NCBI RefSeq assembly: GCF_009914755.1
Contig: NC_060932.1
DNA from: the human T2T-CHM13v2.0 reference genome, Homo sapiens
Reading direction: 5' to 3' (one strand)
Length of the DNA stretch: 64,000 nucleotides
Shown here in pieces: positions 1-13,459 of the stretch. The translations under genes were made by a program, and so were the position numbers. Each line of letters opens with the position of its first letter. Within the stretch, counting starts at the first letter, position 1. The notes under the pieces are model-generated. The model made no database searches and was not told the DNA's origin. It was given only the letters and a program-made list of their open reading frames with translations.

Positions 1-319
1 TCAACAGTATAGTTCCCTTATATAATTTTTTTTGAATTGACATATGGCATATGGCCCCACATATGCCTGGACTAACTGTCTTTTCATTTGCAATTCTGTG
101 ATAATCCAGCTAAATATAACACTCTCATTCTAATCTTCTTAAAACCGAGTCATGAACAATACACTTCCTTGCTCTAACACCTTGAAGAACCCTCTTTTGC
201 CCAAAGGAAGAAACCTACATGCTACATCACTCCTATATACTTGGTATCTCTCCATTGATATGTTGTTATGGGAATTTTGTGCCAGCCAAACTCTTTGTTC
301 TTTGAATATGCCTACTTCT

Positions 320-422
320 TTTGACAATTAAAATTTTTTTTTCTAGAAATAGGGTCTTGCTCTGTTGCCCAAGCTGGCCTCAAATTCTTGGGTTCAAGTG
401 ATCCTCCTGCCCCAGTCTCCTG
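320..422 (-). mobile_element. 5'-truncated Alu monomer (FLAM/AluJ-like)
   Basis: T-run then Alu left-monomer antisense sequence (agggtcttgctctgttgcccaagctggcctcaaattcttgggttcaagtgatcctcctgcc); flanked by an exact 17-bp direct repeat tgaatatgcctacttct at 303-319 and 423-439 (TSD). Confidence 0.85.
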
Positions 423-681
423 TGAATATGCCTACTTCTAGGCCTTATTCTGAATTAATCTTTCTGTCGGAAATTCTTTCACTGACCATTTTCCACTTAT
501 AAAGGCCTGTTTCTTCACCCAATTCACATTTTTTACATTCACTACAACCACTTTCTCACTATGCCAGCCCTCAATGATCATTCCACCTTTGGAAGTATAC
601 ATCCATGTTGTGTGTGCCATGCATTCTTAACTGAGAACCCACTACCTTCTATTTGTATGTATTTTTGTACACAACTTCTTG

Positions 682-840
682 TGTAGGGGAAAAAAACAAA
701 ATACTTTTCTCTCTATCCATCTTAGATTAATTTGCTGGGGCCCTGTAAATTAGACTAACAAAAGACTAATTAACAAGAGAAAACTAAACGAAAGTTTATT
801 AACATGTGATGTATGACAAGCACATGCAGAACAGTACCTA
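682..840 (-). mobile_element. ERV1 LTR 3'-end fragment (MER34/MER39 group)
   Basis: Begins tgtagggg (reverse complement of an LTR terminus ...cccctaca) and resembles, in reverse, the 3' ends of the LTRs at ~2430-2510 and ~41150-41240. Confidence 0.5.
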
Positions 841-1662
841 GAAATGTATTAGTCAGGCAAATACAATTTATTAAATTAATTTTTGTTTTTGCTTTTCCTT
901 TACAATTTACCCTAGGTCTGCTTGGAGTGTTATAAAAATTATGTAACAGCTAGAATGTCTTTTTATTTATCTTCCTGGGAAGACATTAAAGAATATTTGA
1001 ACAACTTGTGGCAATTGATAGATTTCTAGGTTTCAGGTGTGAAATGAAATTATGAAGTGTATGAGTTAGCTGTTACCCAGATACTCTTTGTTGCACGTTC
1101 AAGAAATAATTAAAACCCAAAAGTTTGACATCTAAGTTATTTTAATTAATTGAATAGATTTTAATTGCTTGGTAGTCTTTATTCATTCAGTATTATGCAC
1201 TGCTTCTATATACAATGATTAAAATTAGAAGACAAAATAGAGTTGTCTTCCTCATCAGAAATAAAACTTAAATTGGATATGCCATCATAACATTGCAGAG
1301 TTGGTACTGATGGGATTCAGGACATCTGTACCCAAAATGTGGCCCCTTGGCATTTGAGGAAACAGTAAACAGTAGACAAAAGGAGGTCACTGTCCGACCT
1401 TCTTCTACCCTTCTACCCTGAAGCAGGCCATAAAAGAATTATTTGACTTTCCTCTCTGAATTGGTCATAAGACACTCTTTCCAGAGCTACCCTCCCTATA
1501 CCTGGAGTAAAGGAACATCCTGATCCTTGAAGACACAAAGATGCCAAGAAGAATCTGAACAAACAGGCCTTGCTGAGGTTCTGCAGTTCATTACCATTAA
1601 ACCATAAACTTTTGGTTTCCAATCATACTTTGGCATGATTATCCATAAAAATATACAAGTTG

Positions 1663-1972
<310 letters not shown>

Positions 1973-2078
1973 CCCCCCCGCACAAGTTTACCTGTTTCTT
2001 TGGGTTTTAATTTTCTTGTGAAGGTTTTCATGTCATGTTAAACTTATATTAAACATATTTTTATGTTTTTCCCTTGGT

Positions 2079-2427
2079 CATAAAAAGGAACAAAATAATG
2101 GCATTCACAGCAACCTGGATGGAGATGGAGACCATCATTCTAAGTGAAGTAATTCAGAAATGGAAAACCAAACATTGTATGTTCTCACTCATAAGTGAGA
2201 GCTAAGCTATGAGGATGTAAAGGCATAAGGATTATACAATGGACGTTGGGGACACGGGGGAAAGGGTGGGAGGGGGATGAGGGATAGAAGGCTACACACT
2301 GGGTACAGTGTACACTGCTTGGGCGATGGGTATACCAAAATCTCAGAAATCACCACTAAAAAACTTCTTCATGTAACCAAATACCACCTGTTCCCCCCAA
2401 ACTATTGAAATAAATAAATAAATAAAA
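2079..2427 (+). mobile_element. L1PB-type 3' end (5'-truncated)
   Basis: gcaacctggatggagatggagaccatcattctaagtgaagtaa...G-rich 3'UTR tract...aatctcagaaatcaccactaaa...ctattgaaataaataaataaa tail. Confidence 0.85.
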
Positions 2428-3258
2428 GTAGTCTGTCTTTTACTATAGGGGCCTCAGCCATTACCTTGAGATGGATGAGGAAAAAAAATATTAACTTTTC
2501 TTCCCTCCCTTTGAATGTGTGCATTGTAGGATGCGGAACTGATTGGGATTGTTGCTAAAAGAGGAATTTAGGAAATATATTTTAGGCCATTTGGTGAGCA
2601 GAAATTCCCCCTACCCACCTCCTCTGCCCCACTCCCCACCCAACCATTAAATCCCTGTGAAGAGCCAACGTGATTCATAACTGAGCCTTTTTCAATTTAC
2701 AAAATTGTTAGATTAAACAAAGGTCACCAATCCAAGAAGCTACCTCTGATGAAGTAGCACTAACAGCTATGCTCTAGACTTCAGACTTCAAAAGAGCCAT
2801 TTTTCTCAGTTAGTAATAACAAACATTTCTGTACACAGCCTTTTATCACCCGGTATATTTCTTAGTATTCCATAGATCCTCAAAGTTAATTGAACATGCA
2901 CTCTCTAATTATCTAATTACTTCATGAAGCATGTCTCAATTAAGGGACTCCTGCCAACCTGCAGGCATTTAGCATGCTCTTTGGTGAAGTGCTTCCTCTA
3001 CTGAGTGATTAGCAGTAATGAGTTCAACTCTCTCAAGAGCATAGGGACTATCCTTTTAGGCCTCCAATTGTACTGATGGTTTGCCGCTCTCTCCCACCCC
3101 ATAATGTTTTCTGTCTGAAATGGAAAATGTGTACTTCTCTGCAGAGCTTAAGATGTGAATCAAAATTTAGTTCCTGTGGGTCGGAGTCAGATGCAAGCCT
3201 CTAATTTTTCTTTAAGGGACTGGAGACAATATGAATAACTTTGGGTCCATTTTTAGTC

Positions 3259-3433
3259 CAATGGTTCTCAAACTTGTTTGTGAACAAGAATTTGCTGGAG
3301 AAGCTTGTTCAATACAGACTCCTAAACTCCACATGCAGTGATTGTGCTTCCTTTAGTGGGGAAAGGAGCTCAGGAATGTGCATCTTCCACAAGCAACCCA
3401 ATGCATTCACATACAGACATTTTGAGCAACAGG
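3259..3433. mobile_element. MER5-type hAT-Charlie fossil
   Basis: Terminus caatggttctcaaactt, internal agaatttgctggagaagcttgtt...caggaatgtgcatc typical of MER5A/B. Confidence 0.6.
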
Positions 3434-3497
3434 ACAGCTCCTCACTGGGCATTGCTTGTGTGGTTTGAGAGGGTCCATGACCAGTCCCCGTGTTACA

Positions 3498-3680
3498 CAG
3501 TTGTCCCTCGGTGTCTGTGGAAGATTGATTCCAGGACCCTCAAGTAGATACCAAAATCCTGGGATGCTCAATCCTCCATCTGGCCCCCTGTGTCCTTAGG
3601 TTCCACATCTGCAGATTCAACCAACCGCAGATGAAAAGTTGGTCCTCCATATCCATGGAACAGATATGGAGGGCTGACTG
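3498..3680. mobile_element. TcMar-Tigger MITE (MER2/MER8-like)
   Basis: Terminal inverted repeats cagttgtccctcggt... / ...atatggagggctgactg followed by TA; internal ttccaggaccc...gataccaaaatcc. Confidence 0.8.
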
Positions 3681-5577
3681 TAGTATAAATCTGTTGGTGA
3701 GGCTTTTTTCCTCTTGTTTCTCTGTCTCTCTCTCTCTTGCATAGGGAATGCCTAAATGTTAGTGGGAACACATGAAAATAAAGAATATTAATATATTAGT
3801 ATAATTCTGATAAAACAGATTACATTGAATAGGTATCAGAAGTAGAAAATTATTCTTTTTTATTTTAAAGATTTCTCCAAAAGATCACATTTTCTTTTAT
3901 CCCATTATTTATAGACACTCCAGCCCAATGGAGTTGCTTGCAGTTTGCTCCAGCTCATACATTAATGAGCTAGCTCCTAGTCCATTTTTGTTTCCACCAT
4001 ATCATGAGATCTGAATGTCACTCTTAATTTTAAGTTTTTATTATGACCAAAGTCACTGAGTTATTCTAGCCCACTGCTGGCATTTTAGACAGCAAGGATA
4101 AAAAAAGTAATATAATCATGAGCCTAGAGAAAAGTAAAATGCCAGTATTCCACCAAATAGATTAGTAATTATACTAGCAGAAATAAAGGACAGACTTGGC
4201 TTCAGGGGGTCCTTTTGATCTGTTCATGGTGGAAAAAAACCCTTAATGTGTTCATACATGATTCTCAGACTGCCTTTGTCATTGAAATACAGAGCAACCG
4301 CAAAGTAACAAGAATCAGACACTTTTGTTCTTGTAGTAGCTGTTTTATGTCATTTACAAATTCAGACCATTGAAACTGTCAAAGTAATTTAGTGACAACG
4401 TGATCAGTTTTAAACTCCAATGTTCCTTCCTTTTAGGAAGCACCATAACCTAACAAAAACACATTAAAAAATAGCCACGGAATTTATTTACCATTGGATA
4501 TTTTACAGTGTACAACACTGCAATGGCTTGTATTGATAGTTGCTAAGAAGTATTTTGCTTCTCACCAGAACCTTGCATCCCTTTTCTCTTATTAAAAATA
4601 GATATCTTTTAAAATGAATCAATTTCTCTTTCATTCTTTCTCCCTAACTCTCCTCCAAGAAAAAAAGTGACATTAATTTTATTTTTAGTGTTCATTTAAT
4701 TTTATGCACAATTTATTCACATCAAAAGTTGTAAGAACATTTTGGGTTGTTTCACATCAAATTAGACATTCTCTTCACATAATTGTCTATTGGCTCTAGA
4801 TAGAGAAAACTGAAGTAATTCAATTCACTATAAAGAAGCTCTAGAGACAAAATGATTTAGTGTTATTAAATGATTTGAACCCAGCTATCTCATTTTTTTG
4901 AGAAATAAATGATCAGAGCTTTCAAATATAATTGATCTGAGTGGGGACAATACATTAATAGTCTTCAAAAACACCCAGGGGATTTTACTGCAGGGTTATG
5001 TAGTGAGCCACTAGCTTAGACAAATAGGAGCCACACACTGAGTTGGGTACCTTGCCTCTGAAGAAGATGAGGGATAGGTGAAATGGCTGTTGTTACAAGG
5101 ACACAGAGGTCTCGTCGAAAGTTGAACAATAACTTTTCTTTTATTTAAATTTCAGCTGAAAAAGATAGATTCTAAAAAAACAAAAAGATTGGATTATATA
5201 AAATGCACCCCCCTTAAGCACTTTATACATTTTGTTTCCTATCTGACAGGCCAAGAAATCAAAGGTAGATGTCTTATGATTAGAGAGTAAATGAGTCAGG
5301 ATCAGGATTGCACTTTGCAGCCCTAAATGCTTTAGTTTCTTTTTGGTTTGACAGAACTCTGTCTTATTTTTGTGTACCTTTCTGGTGTTTGCCATGCTCA
5401 GATCTGTCATACAGTCAGCTGTACTCATGTGTGTGGACCTGCCGCAAGAAGATGAGCCCTTGGTAGATGGAGGCAGTGCCATTGGTCCAGCATCTCTTCC
5501 AAAGAGCTTGGCACACTGCCTGCCCACTAAAGGCAGAAATGAGAGGGCTACCTCTTCTTGGAAGGGTAACAAGAGTT

Positions 5578-5740
5578 AGCATAGAGAGAAGGGCACTGAG
5601 GATAGAGTCTGAAGATCTCAGCTCTAGTTTCTGGCTTTGTCACTCATTCGTGGGTGATTTGGGACCCTACTGAGCATCAGTTTTCTTGTCAACAAAATAG
5701 GAAATCTGTTTCCCATAGTCTTCTCACAAGGTGATCACAA
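5578..5740 (+). mobile_element. MIR fragment
   Basis: agcatagagagaagggcactg...tctggctttgtcact...gtgatttggg...cagttttcttgtc, a degenerate MIR core. Confidence 0.55.
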
Positions 5741-5901
5741 ACTTTATGGATAGTGGATCAAGCACAACCATAAAGAAGGTAACGGTTTGTGGATTAGCAG
5801 CTACTTAAAAAACATAAATTATGGTAGATGACATGGTGCAGCCAGTGGAAAGAGAAATAGGCATGGGATCGAAGGTCTAGCTCTGGTACTAGTTTGATCT
5901 C

Positions 5902-6168
5902 TTTTTATTTATTATTTATTTATTTAGAGACAGGGTCTCACTCCATCACCCAGGCTGGAGTACAGCGGCACGATCACGGCTTACTCCAGCCTCAACTCCC
6001 CGGGTTCAGGTGATTCTCCCACCTCAGCCTCCGGAATAGCTGGGACTACAGGCACACACCACCACACGTGGTTAATTTTTTGTATTTTTTGTAGACACAG
6101 CATTTTGCTATGTTGCCTAGGCTGGTCTCAAACTCCTGGGCTCAAGCAATCTGCCTCAGCCTCCCAAA
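5902..6168 (-). mobile_element. AluJ, 5'-truncated
   Basis: (ttta)n tail then gagacagggtctcactc...ctcctgggctcaagcaatctgcctcagcctccca (J-type features). Confidence 0.9.
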
Positions 6169-7003
6169 AATCACCTACTTATTTTGCTTCTATGTTTATA
6201 TCATTTAATTTTTCTAAGCCTTAATTTCCTCATCTCTAAAATGAGGATATGTATACCTGGCATGCTTACTCAAGTGAATCTACTCATTCTATAAAAATAG
6301 AGTTAGTTAGCATTTAACTGTACTAGGGATGAAGTTACAGCACTGAATAAGGTAATGGTGGCCCTGACATGGTGGAACTTAAAGCCTCGTGAAATAATGG
6401 ATGTGACACTACTTTGTAAATTGTAGTGTTATGCAAATATGTAAGTATTGTGACTATTGTTAATGTTACATTAACATTAGTAACAGAAGAAGGACTTCTA
6501 GATAAAGTTGAAAAAACAACTATTTATCTTCTGCTGTGGTTCCAAATATTCCAAATATAGGTAAAACTCTCAGCAGTTTCTGAATTGCTGTTCAGAGAAT
6601 ACATGAGATCAGCCTTAAAAAGGTAGAATAGTTTGGGTTCCACTTTTATCATATATATATATTGGAAAATATCTATCAGAATGTTTCATATGTTTAAGTA
6701 CAAATGATATGATGATAATAAATCAAATCTTCCAAGTCTTTAATTGAATACTGGCTATCATGAAGTCCTAAGAGAAATTCCACTACTGTTTTCAGGCCAT
6801 TGTGATACCATATAAGGAATTGGCTGTCATTTTAGTAAATGTAGTTAATTCTATCATGTCCTAACAGGCTGGGTCAGTGGTCAAATTGTTGGAGAGATTG
6901 GGGTTGACGATAGTCTATAAACTACGAGGAAGGGCTCACCATATGTGGTAAGAGTTTTGTTTCAAATAATTTTAATCTAATTTAATGTTTAAAATAAAAG
7001 CTA

Positions 7004-7324
<321 letters not shown>

Positions 7325-8559
7325 AAAATAAAAGCTAAAGCCGTGGTAGGTTTTTGTTTTTTTTCCGAAATAATTCCAGTTGTGTTTATCTATATTATTT
7401 TTCTTTTAGTATGTTCTGTCTCTCAATTAACAGCATAGTATATTAGCTTTCTAATTCTGTTTATTGTATCTTTAAGTAAACTTAATTTATATAAAATAGT
7501 CTAAAATAAAGGGCAAAACACATACATTCAACAGGCAACTTCTGTTTTATACGGTCTCCCTTTTTACTCTTTTTTATTGATACTATTGTAACTACAATAA
7601 AAACACACTTGCCTTTAAATATGCCATTCGGTGAAGCTTCACAACCACTACAAGTCCTAGTGAAAATGCTGAAACTCATGCTTTGAGAAGTGAATGATGA
7701 TCACCTAAGCTGTAAAAAAACTCAGACATGGAAACATAAACACTGGAGGAAAGGCCAGGTAAGCTGTTGATTTGATTGCCATGTCACTCAGATACCTTCT
7801 CAAATGGAAATGTCTTTGCATCTGGCAAATGAGGCTCCTCCTCCCTGGACAGCAGGAGATTCGTTCTCTAATTAGGACCTTGTTAGACTGTCAGAAGTGG
7901 AGAGTCTAGTTGAGGGAAGGTGTCTCTTTGGCACCAGCTCTGCAGGCTGTGAGGAGATGACATTCACATTCACATCTGTGTACTGTGTTCAGCACTGCAC
8001 TTCAAAGCAAACCCCTTCAACAATTTTCAAGCTAATGAGTACATCACACTGAACTTCTGTCTGGTGCTTTGAAAAGCATTGCTGTGTTTTGAATGTGATC
8101 TCTTTCACATGAAGCTTATTTCGGGGTCATTAAGGGAATCAGTGCTCAGAAACTCTTTATACAGTTTTATAACCCTTGGTGTTTTCATCCCTGACTTCAG
8201 AAAGTCATTGGCCTGAGACTTTCCTGTAACATATAAATGTCTCATGGTAGGAAGCTTCAAAGGCAAATACTTGCAAATGAGTGGGGGGGAAAAAGCTTAT
8301 GAAATAACGAGCAATTCTTCAACAATTCCTTCTTAAATTGTAACCTTGATACATGTCATTTAACTAAATGGGATCAGAGTTAGAGATGAGAGTGCAGTAT
8401 TGTCTTGGCTAACATTGTTTTCAGTTTCTTTTTTTTTTCTTTTTCAACCTAAAGATTATTTCCCATTAACTTTCCACAAATTCTCTAGTAAAGTAATGGA
8501 TCTAAGACCTAACTAACCCCTGGCTAGTGTTTGGCCAAGTAGACTCCTGCAAAGGCTCT

Positions 8560-8672
8560 TTGCTATTTTCTGTGTTGTGCTTTGGGGGCTGGTTTACTGC
8601 TATCTCCCTAGCACCTGGAATAGTGTGTAGCATATTTAGGCACTTGATAAATATTGGTTAAGTGAATGAATA
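8560..8672 (+). mobile_element. L2 3' end
   Basis: ...cctagcacctggaatagtg...aggcacttgataaatattggttaagtgaatgaat, characteristic L2 tail. Confidence 0.65.
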
Positions 8673-8899
8673 CATATGGCCCCTCTGTCTAAATTGAAGA
8701 TTGGCAACCAGAAAGAACAAAGTTATCCACGTTACATAAAGCACATGATTGGCATTTCTGAGGACTCACAGCCTTGCTGTGATTGATATCTACTGGTTCA
8801 TTAGGCCTCTGACCTTCCCAAGAAGTAATGTCCTCAGGAGTATTTCCTAGAGATAAAACGTGTAAACCAATAATATTACAAAACCTCATGGGAACTCAG

Positions 8900-9230
8900 A
8901 GAGAGCATGAGCTTTGTGTGGAGGATGAGATATTTAAATGTGGTTTTGAAGTATGACAAGTTTACCAGGTGAAGATAAAGAAGGGCATCATGGGCAGACA
9001 GAACAAGATATTGCAAAAGAAACCAGGCATAAATGAGCATGGCCCTCGAAGGAGGGTAAGGCATGGGGATGGGAGAAAGTCAGGCTGATAATGTTGGCTG
9101 GGGTCATCCCGTGGAGGACCATGTTGTGAATCATGAACTTCCATTGAGGTACTGGGAAAGAAGCTATAGAGGATTTTTGGAAGCATATGGGTAAAATCAG
9201 ATTTTGGACAATTTCTCTGTGACCTCTAAG
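8900..9230 (-). mobile_element. L2 fragment
   Basis: Purine-rich degenerate L2 antisense pattern (ggttttgaagtatgacaagtttaccagg...gggcagacagaacaa...ggatttttggaagc). Confidence 0.5.
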
Positions 9231-9822
9231 AGGGCTGGGAATGACAGGCAGGTGGGCTTTGGTATCCCAGTTAACAGGGATACACAATCTGGCCACACAG
9301 AGGGAAACTATTAGCAGCTTTTTTGCCCCCATAGAGAGAAAAAGAGTGACACAGAGGACACACAGGTCATTATTTTAGGAATATGTGAGGCAGGGTTGGC
9401 TTGGGGGATATAAAGATGACTAAAATGGAAAGACAAACAATTGTAAGATGGGCCAAATGAAGACAGAGGTGCTGCCTTCAAAAGGCTTACAATTTAATTG
9501 GGAGATAGATTTGTAAGCAGCTCCTTACCAGACACTGGTAGAAACAAGTGCAAGAGTATGGGAGAATCTTATCTCTGTGATGTCCTCTTTCTTTACTAGG
9601 AAGTAGGTGGCTATCTCCAAACGTGCCATGGAAGACATCCCCACTTGAACCGCACAAGTGGTTGTGAAGCTTGATCCAAGTAAACTGGCAAGGAGCTGAT
9701 GGCTGTATTCAGCAATACAGCCTCCCTGGCTAGGGCAGGCAGGTGGTAAATACTTACTGGGTGGGGAAAAACGGTATCTATCATGGGGAAATCTCTCACT
9801 TGGGATTACCAATACCTTGATT

Positions 9823-10115
9823 TTTTTCTTTTTTTCTTTTTGTCACTTTGTGACCCAGGCTGGACTGCAGTGGTGACGTGATTGATCACCACAACCTCAA
9901 ACTCCTGGGCTCAAAACAGTTCAGCTTCAGTCTCCTCAGTAGCTAGGACTACAGGATTGTGCCACCATGTTAATCTATGCTTTTTTTTTTTTTTTTTTTT
10001 TTTTTTTGTAGAGTTGGAGTCTTGCTATGTTGCCCAGGCTGGTCTTGAACTCCTGGCTTCCCACCTTGGCCGCCCAAAGTGCTGAGATTACAGGTATAAG
10101 CCACTGTGCCCAGCC
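9823..10115 (-). mobile_element. AluJ, diverged
   Basis: Antisense Alu dimer with expanded internal T-run; TSD ataccttgatt at 9812-9822 and 10118-10128. Confidence 0.9.
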
Positions 10116-10196
10116 TGATACCTTGATTCTTGGCTTTATTTTGCTTATAACCCTGTGGTGTTGGAAAATTTAACTTTTCTGGGGCTCAGTTTTCTT

Positions 10197-10510
<314 letters not shown>

Positions 10511-11210
10511 CAGTTTTCTTATCTGTAAAGCAAAAGAACTGAGCCAGATTTCTAAATGGTCATGGTTTATGATTTCATGAACTGCAAGAAAACTTCTTAT
10601 CCATGTCTAGAAGTGGAAAATATGGGGAGTTTTGAAATAAACAAGTAGCTTCTAAGAGTATGAACATTAAGGCATATTCTGTAGCTCTTACTAGAAGGAA
10701 AATCAAGAGGAGAAGGAATTGATCCTCATTGTATGAGTCCAGTAGTTCAGCATCAGCCCTCTAATAGTCTGAGATGACAAGGGCAGTGCATCCTCATCTC
10801 TGTAAGGGTATTTCCTCCTTACAGCTGCTGAGGTGGCATTCTTGCTAACTTCCAGATGAAAAGTTACCAGTTTGGGATCTTTACATTTAGGATTTTATTC
10901 AGCCACTCTCCACAAGAGGAATGTTGTTCATAAGAGGGACTTTCTAAAGAAGATAGTGAGTTTGGGATGACACATCCTAGGGTTATTAGTTGCATGACTT
11001 GATGTGAAATGAGCAGTCTAATCTACTCAGATAAAAGTATGAAATTGCTATATGTTCTTTTTGACATGAGAACTTCCAGGCCTTTCAGGCCAAATAATTA
11101 ATATGAAGGCAGTACTGAGTGAAAGTTAAATGGCTGGGAATTGTTAATGCAAACCAGAGAGAGTGGACATTGACGTTATGAGAGATATTCCAGGAATCCA
11201 AGTCCTTGTA

Positions 11211-11428
11211 CAAGCTTGTCAAACCTGTGTTCTGTAGGCTGGATGTGGCCCAAGACAGCTTTGAATGCGACTCAATACAAATTCATAAACTTTCTTAAAA
11301 CATTACGATATTTAAAAAAAATTTTTTTTTTAGCTCACTAGCTATCATTAGCGTTAGTATATTTTATGTGTGGCCCAAGACAATCCTTCCAATGTGGTCC
11401 AGGGAAGCCCAAAGATTGGACACTCCTG
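11211..11428 (-). mobile_element. MER30 (hAT-Charlie MITE)
   Basis: caagcttgtcaaacc...gctttgaatgcg...tgtggcccaagacaat...ccagggaagcccaaagattggacactcctg matches MER30 end to end. Confidence 0.9.
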
Positions 11429-12689
11429 CCTTAGCAGGACAAATGGCCAGAGGGACACAATGGTAGTGGATAGCTTGTTGGTGGATGGGGTGTCCATGAG
11501 GAAATTCTACCTAACAGAGTGAATTTCTTAAACAAACCTTCAACTGCAGCACACATGAGGTATAGAAACTGAAAGAAACATTACATAGAGGGAATCAGAC
11601 TTTGCACATTAATCAACTTATTTTTAGGGACTCAAGCCAGTCCAAAAATGGCATCTGGCTCCATGGTAAGAAAATGTTTGATTCACATCTCAGTATCTTT
11701 AGGACTTTGGGGTAGAAAACTCAAATGTATGATAAAAAAACTGAAGCAGCCATTGTTGTGGCCCCAAACCCTAAAATGGACAGTTGCTCCCATGTATACT
11801 TATCCTTAGTCTTCTTAATAAAGGGATAGGGTTGAGGAGTTTTAGACACTAAGAAAATTCTCTGAGAATCCTGCTTAAATGAATGATAAGTCATATTGGT
11901 GATAATAGTTTGGTGACAAGTGGATGTACGATTCCTAAAACTTGGTTGTAGAGCCTGGAATAATGGCTCTATTCGTTGGAAGTTTCAACATCCTCAGGCT
12001 TCGTGTTATAATCAGAGAGGTTTACTCTGAGAGTCCTCCCTGAATGGAACCTCCTCCTCCCCTCAGCATCCTGTTGCATAGCAATCAATTATTTCTCAAT
12101 GTCCGCGATTATACCTGCCATAGTTGTATGTGGGATTAGAGGGTGGTGGAAGAAATGTAGTAGAAGAAAGCCACCTTCTGGTGGCCAAGAATGCTGCCTG
12201 TCCAGGTAAAATCATCATAATCCTGGGAGGGAATTCAGTTTATAGTTTTTCTTTCTTGCTTTACATACATTTTAGGTGATTCAGCATTGAGGGGAGATAT
12301 GATCCCTGCTATGAGGATCATGAAGGACTGGTGTGGGATGAGCCCCCTGTCATCCCTGTTTAGGGAGTATTTCTCCATATTTGTGGGTCATTCATAAACC
12401 TAGAATGAAAAGAATTAAGGAATAAGAACCCTGTAAACAATAAAAAGCAAAGTGAATGAAAAACTTAGTTAAAAGAATAACAGACTATTTTTAAAAACTA
12501 GAAGAAACAAAAACAGTGTGAGAAAACTAATAGAAGGGTAAAAATGTGTCACAAAATTATAATATGGAAAATAAAAGGGGTCAAAGGTGAAAAAACTAAA
12601 CTAGAGAATTTGAGAAATAACAAGAAAAAAATTAAAATATACATTATTAAAAAGGATAAAAATAGCTAGAGAGGAAATTTTGGAATGTT

Positions 12690-12845
12690 TTGCCAGGAAA
12701 ATTGTCTGAAAATGTATACAACTAGGTATTATGTGTGACTATCTCTGGGTAGGTGAGAATATGGTTTTTTAAATTATTCATTTTGCTTGTTTGTGTTATG
12801 CAGTTTCTCTGAAATTATCTTATATTGCATACGTAATAAAAAAGG
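12690..12845 (+). mobile_element. Old L1 (L1ME-like) 3' end in an A-rich low-complexity tract
   Basis: tatctctgggtaggtgagaatatgg...ttttgcttgtttg...aataaaaaa resembles L1ME 3' termini; surrounded by A-rich sequence 12400-13130. Confidence 0.4.
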
Positions 12846-13459
12846 GCATTTTTCATGTGCCCCTGAAAAATGTGAAAATAAATAGAAGCAAAAAAGCATT
12901 TATTTAGAATAAATGGTAAAAGGGCAAAAAAACATTTATTTAGAATAAATGGTAAAGGCTGTAAGAAAGACAAATAAAGCAAAGAATAATGAATATTTCA
13001 TAAAACAGTGCAAACCAGAAATTAAATGATTGAAAGAACCAAAAAAAGTACTATAAGAATATTTTACAAACATTTAAGAAAATGAAGAATTTTTAAAAAG
13101 GAAAAAAATTAAAAGACCTAAAGAATTTTTGGGGGTAAGGCTGTTTGTTAGGGGCAAATCTAGGCACATCCCTTAGCTGGAGGTCACCAAACATGTCCTG
13201 ATGGAGGAGGTACAAGGGCAAAGAGCAAGTCCCTACTTTTTGTTGCTCACCTTATTTTTAGGGTCCTGGCTCCTATGTCCCAATAAAAATGTCCAGCCAA
13301 TGTTGTGGCAGAATCAAATTCCCCTTGCTCCACATATATCTGATGAGGTAGTCATGACAAGAGGTATACTCATAGTTTCTGAAAATGCCTTCAACATGGC
13401 AGCTATAAGTTTGCTGTCATTCTTCACGGTCTTGGCAGATTTTGTCTGTGCCTTTAATG

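Noticed and set aside
2247-2283. G-quadruplex-forming tract
   Set aside because: Standard G-rich tract of the L1 3'UTR.
5141-5673. Overlapping ORFs (143 aa minus, 69 aa plus)
   Set aside because: No recognisable domain, weak splice signals, runs into a MIR.
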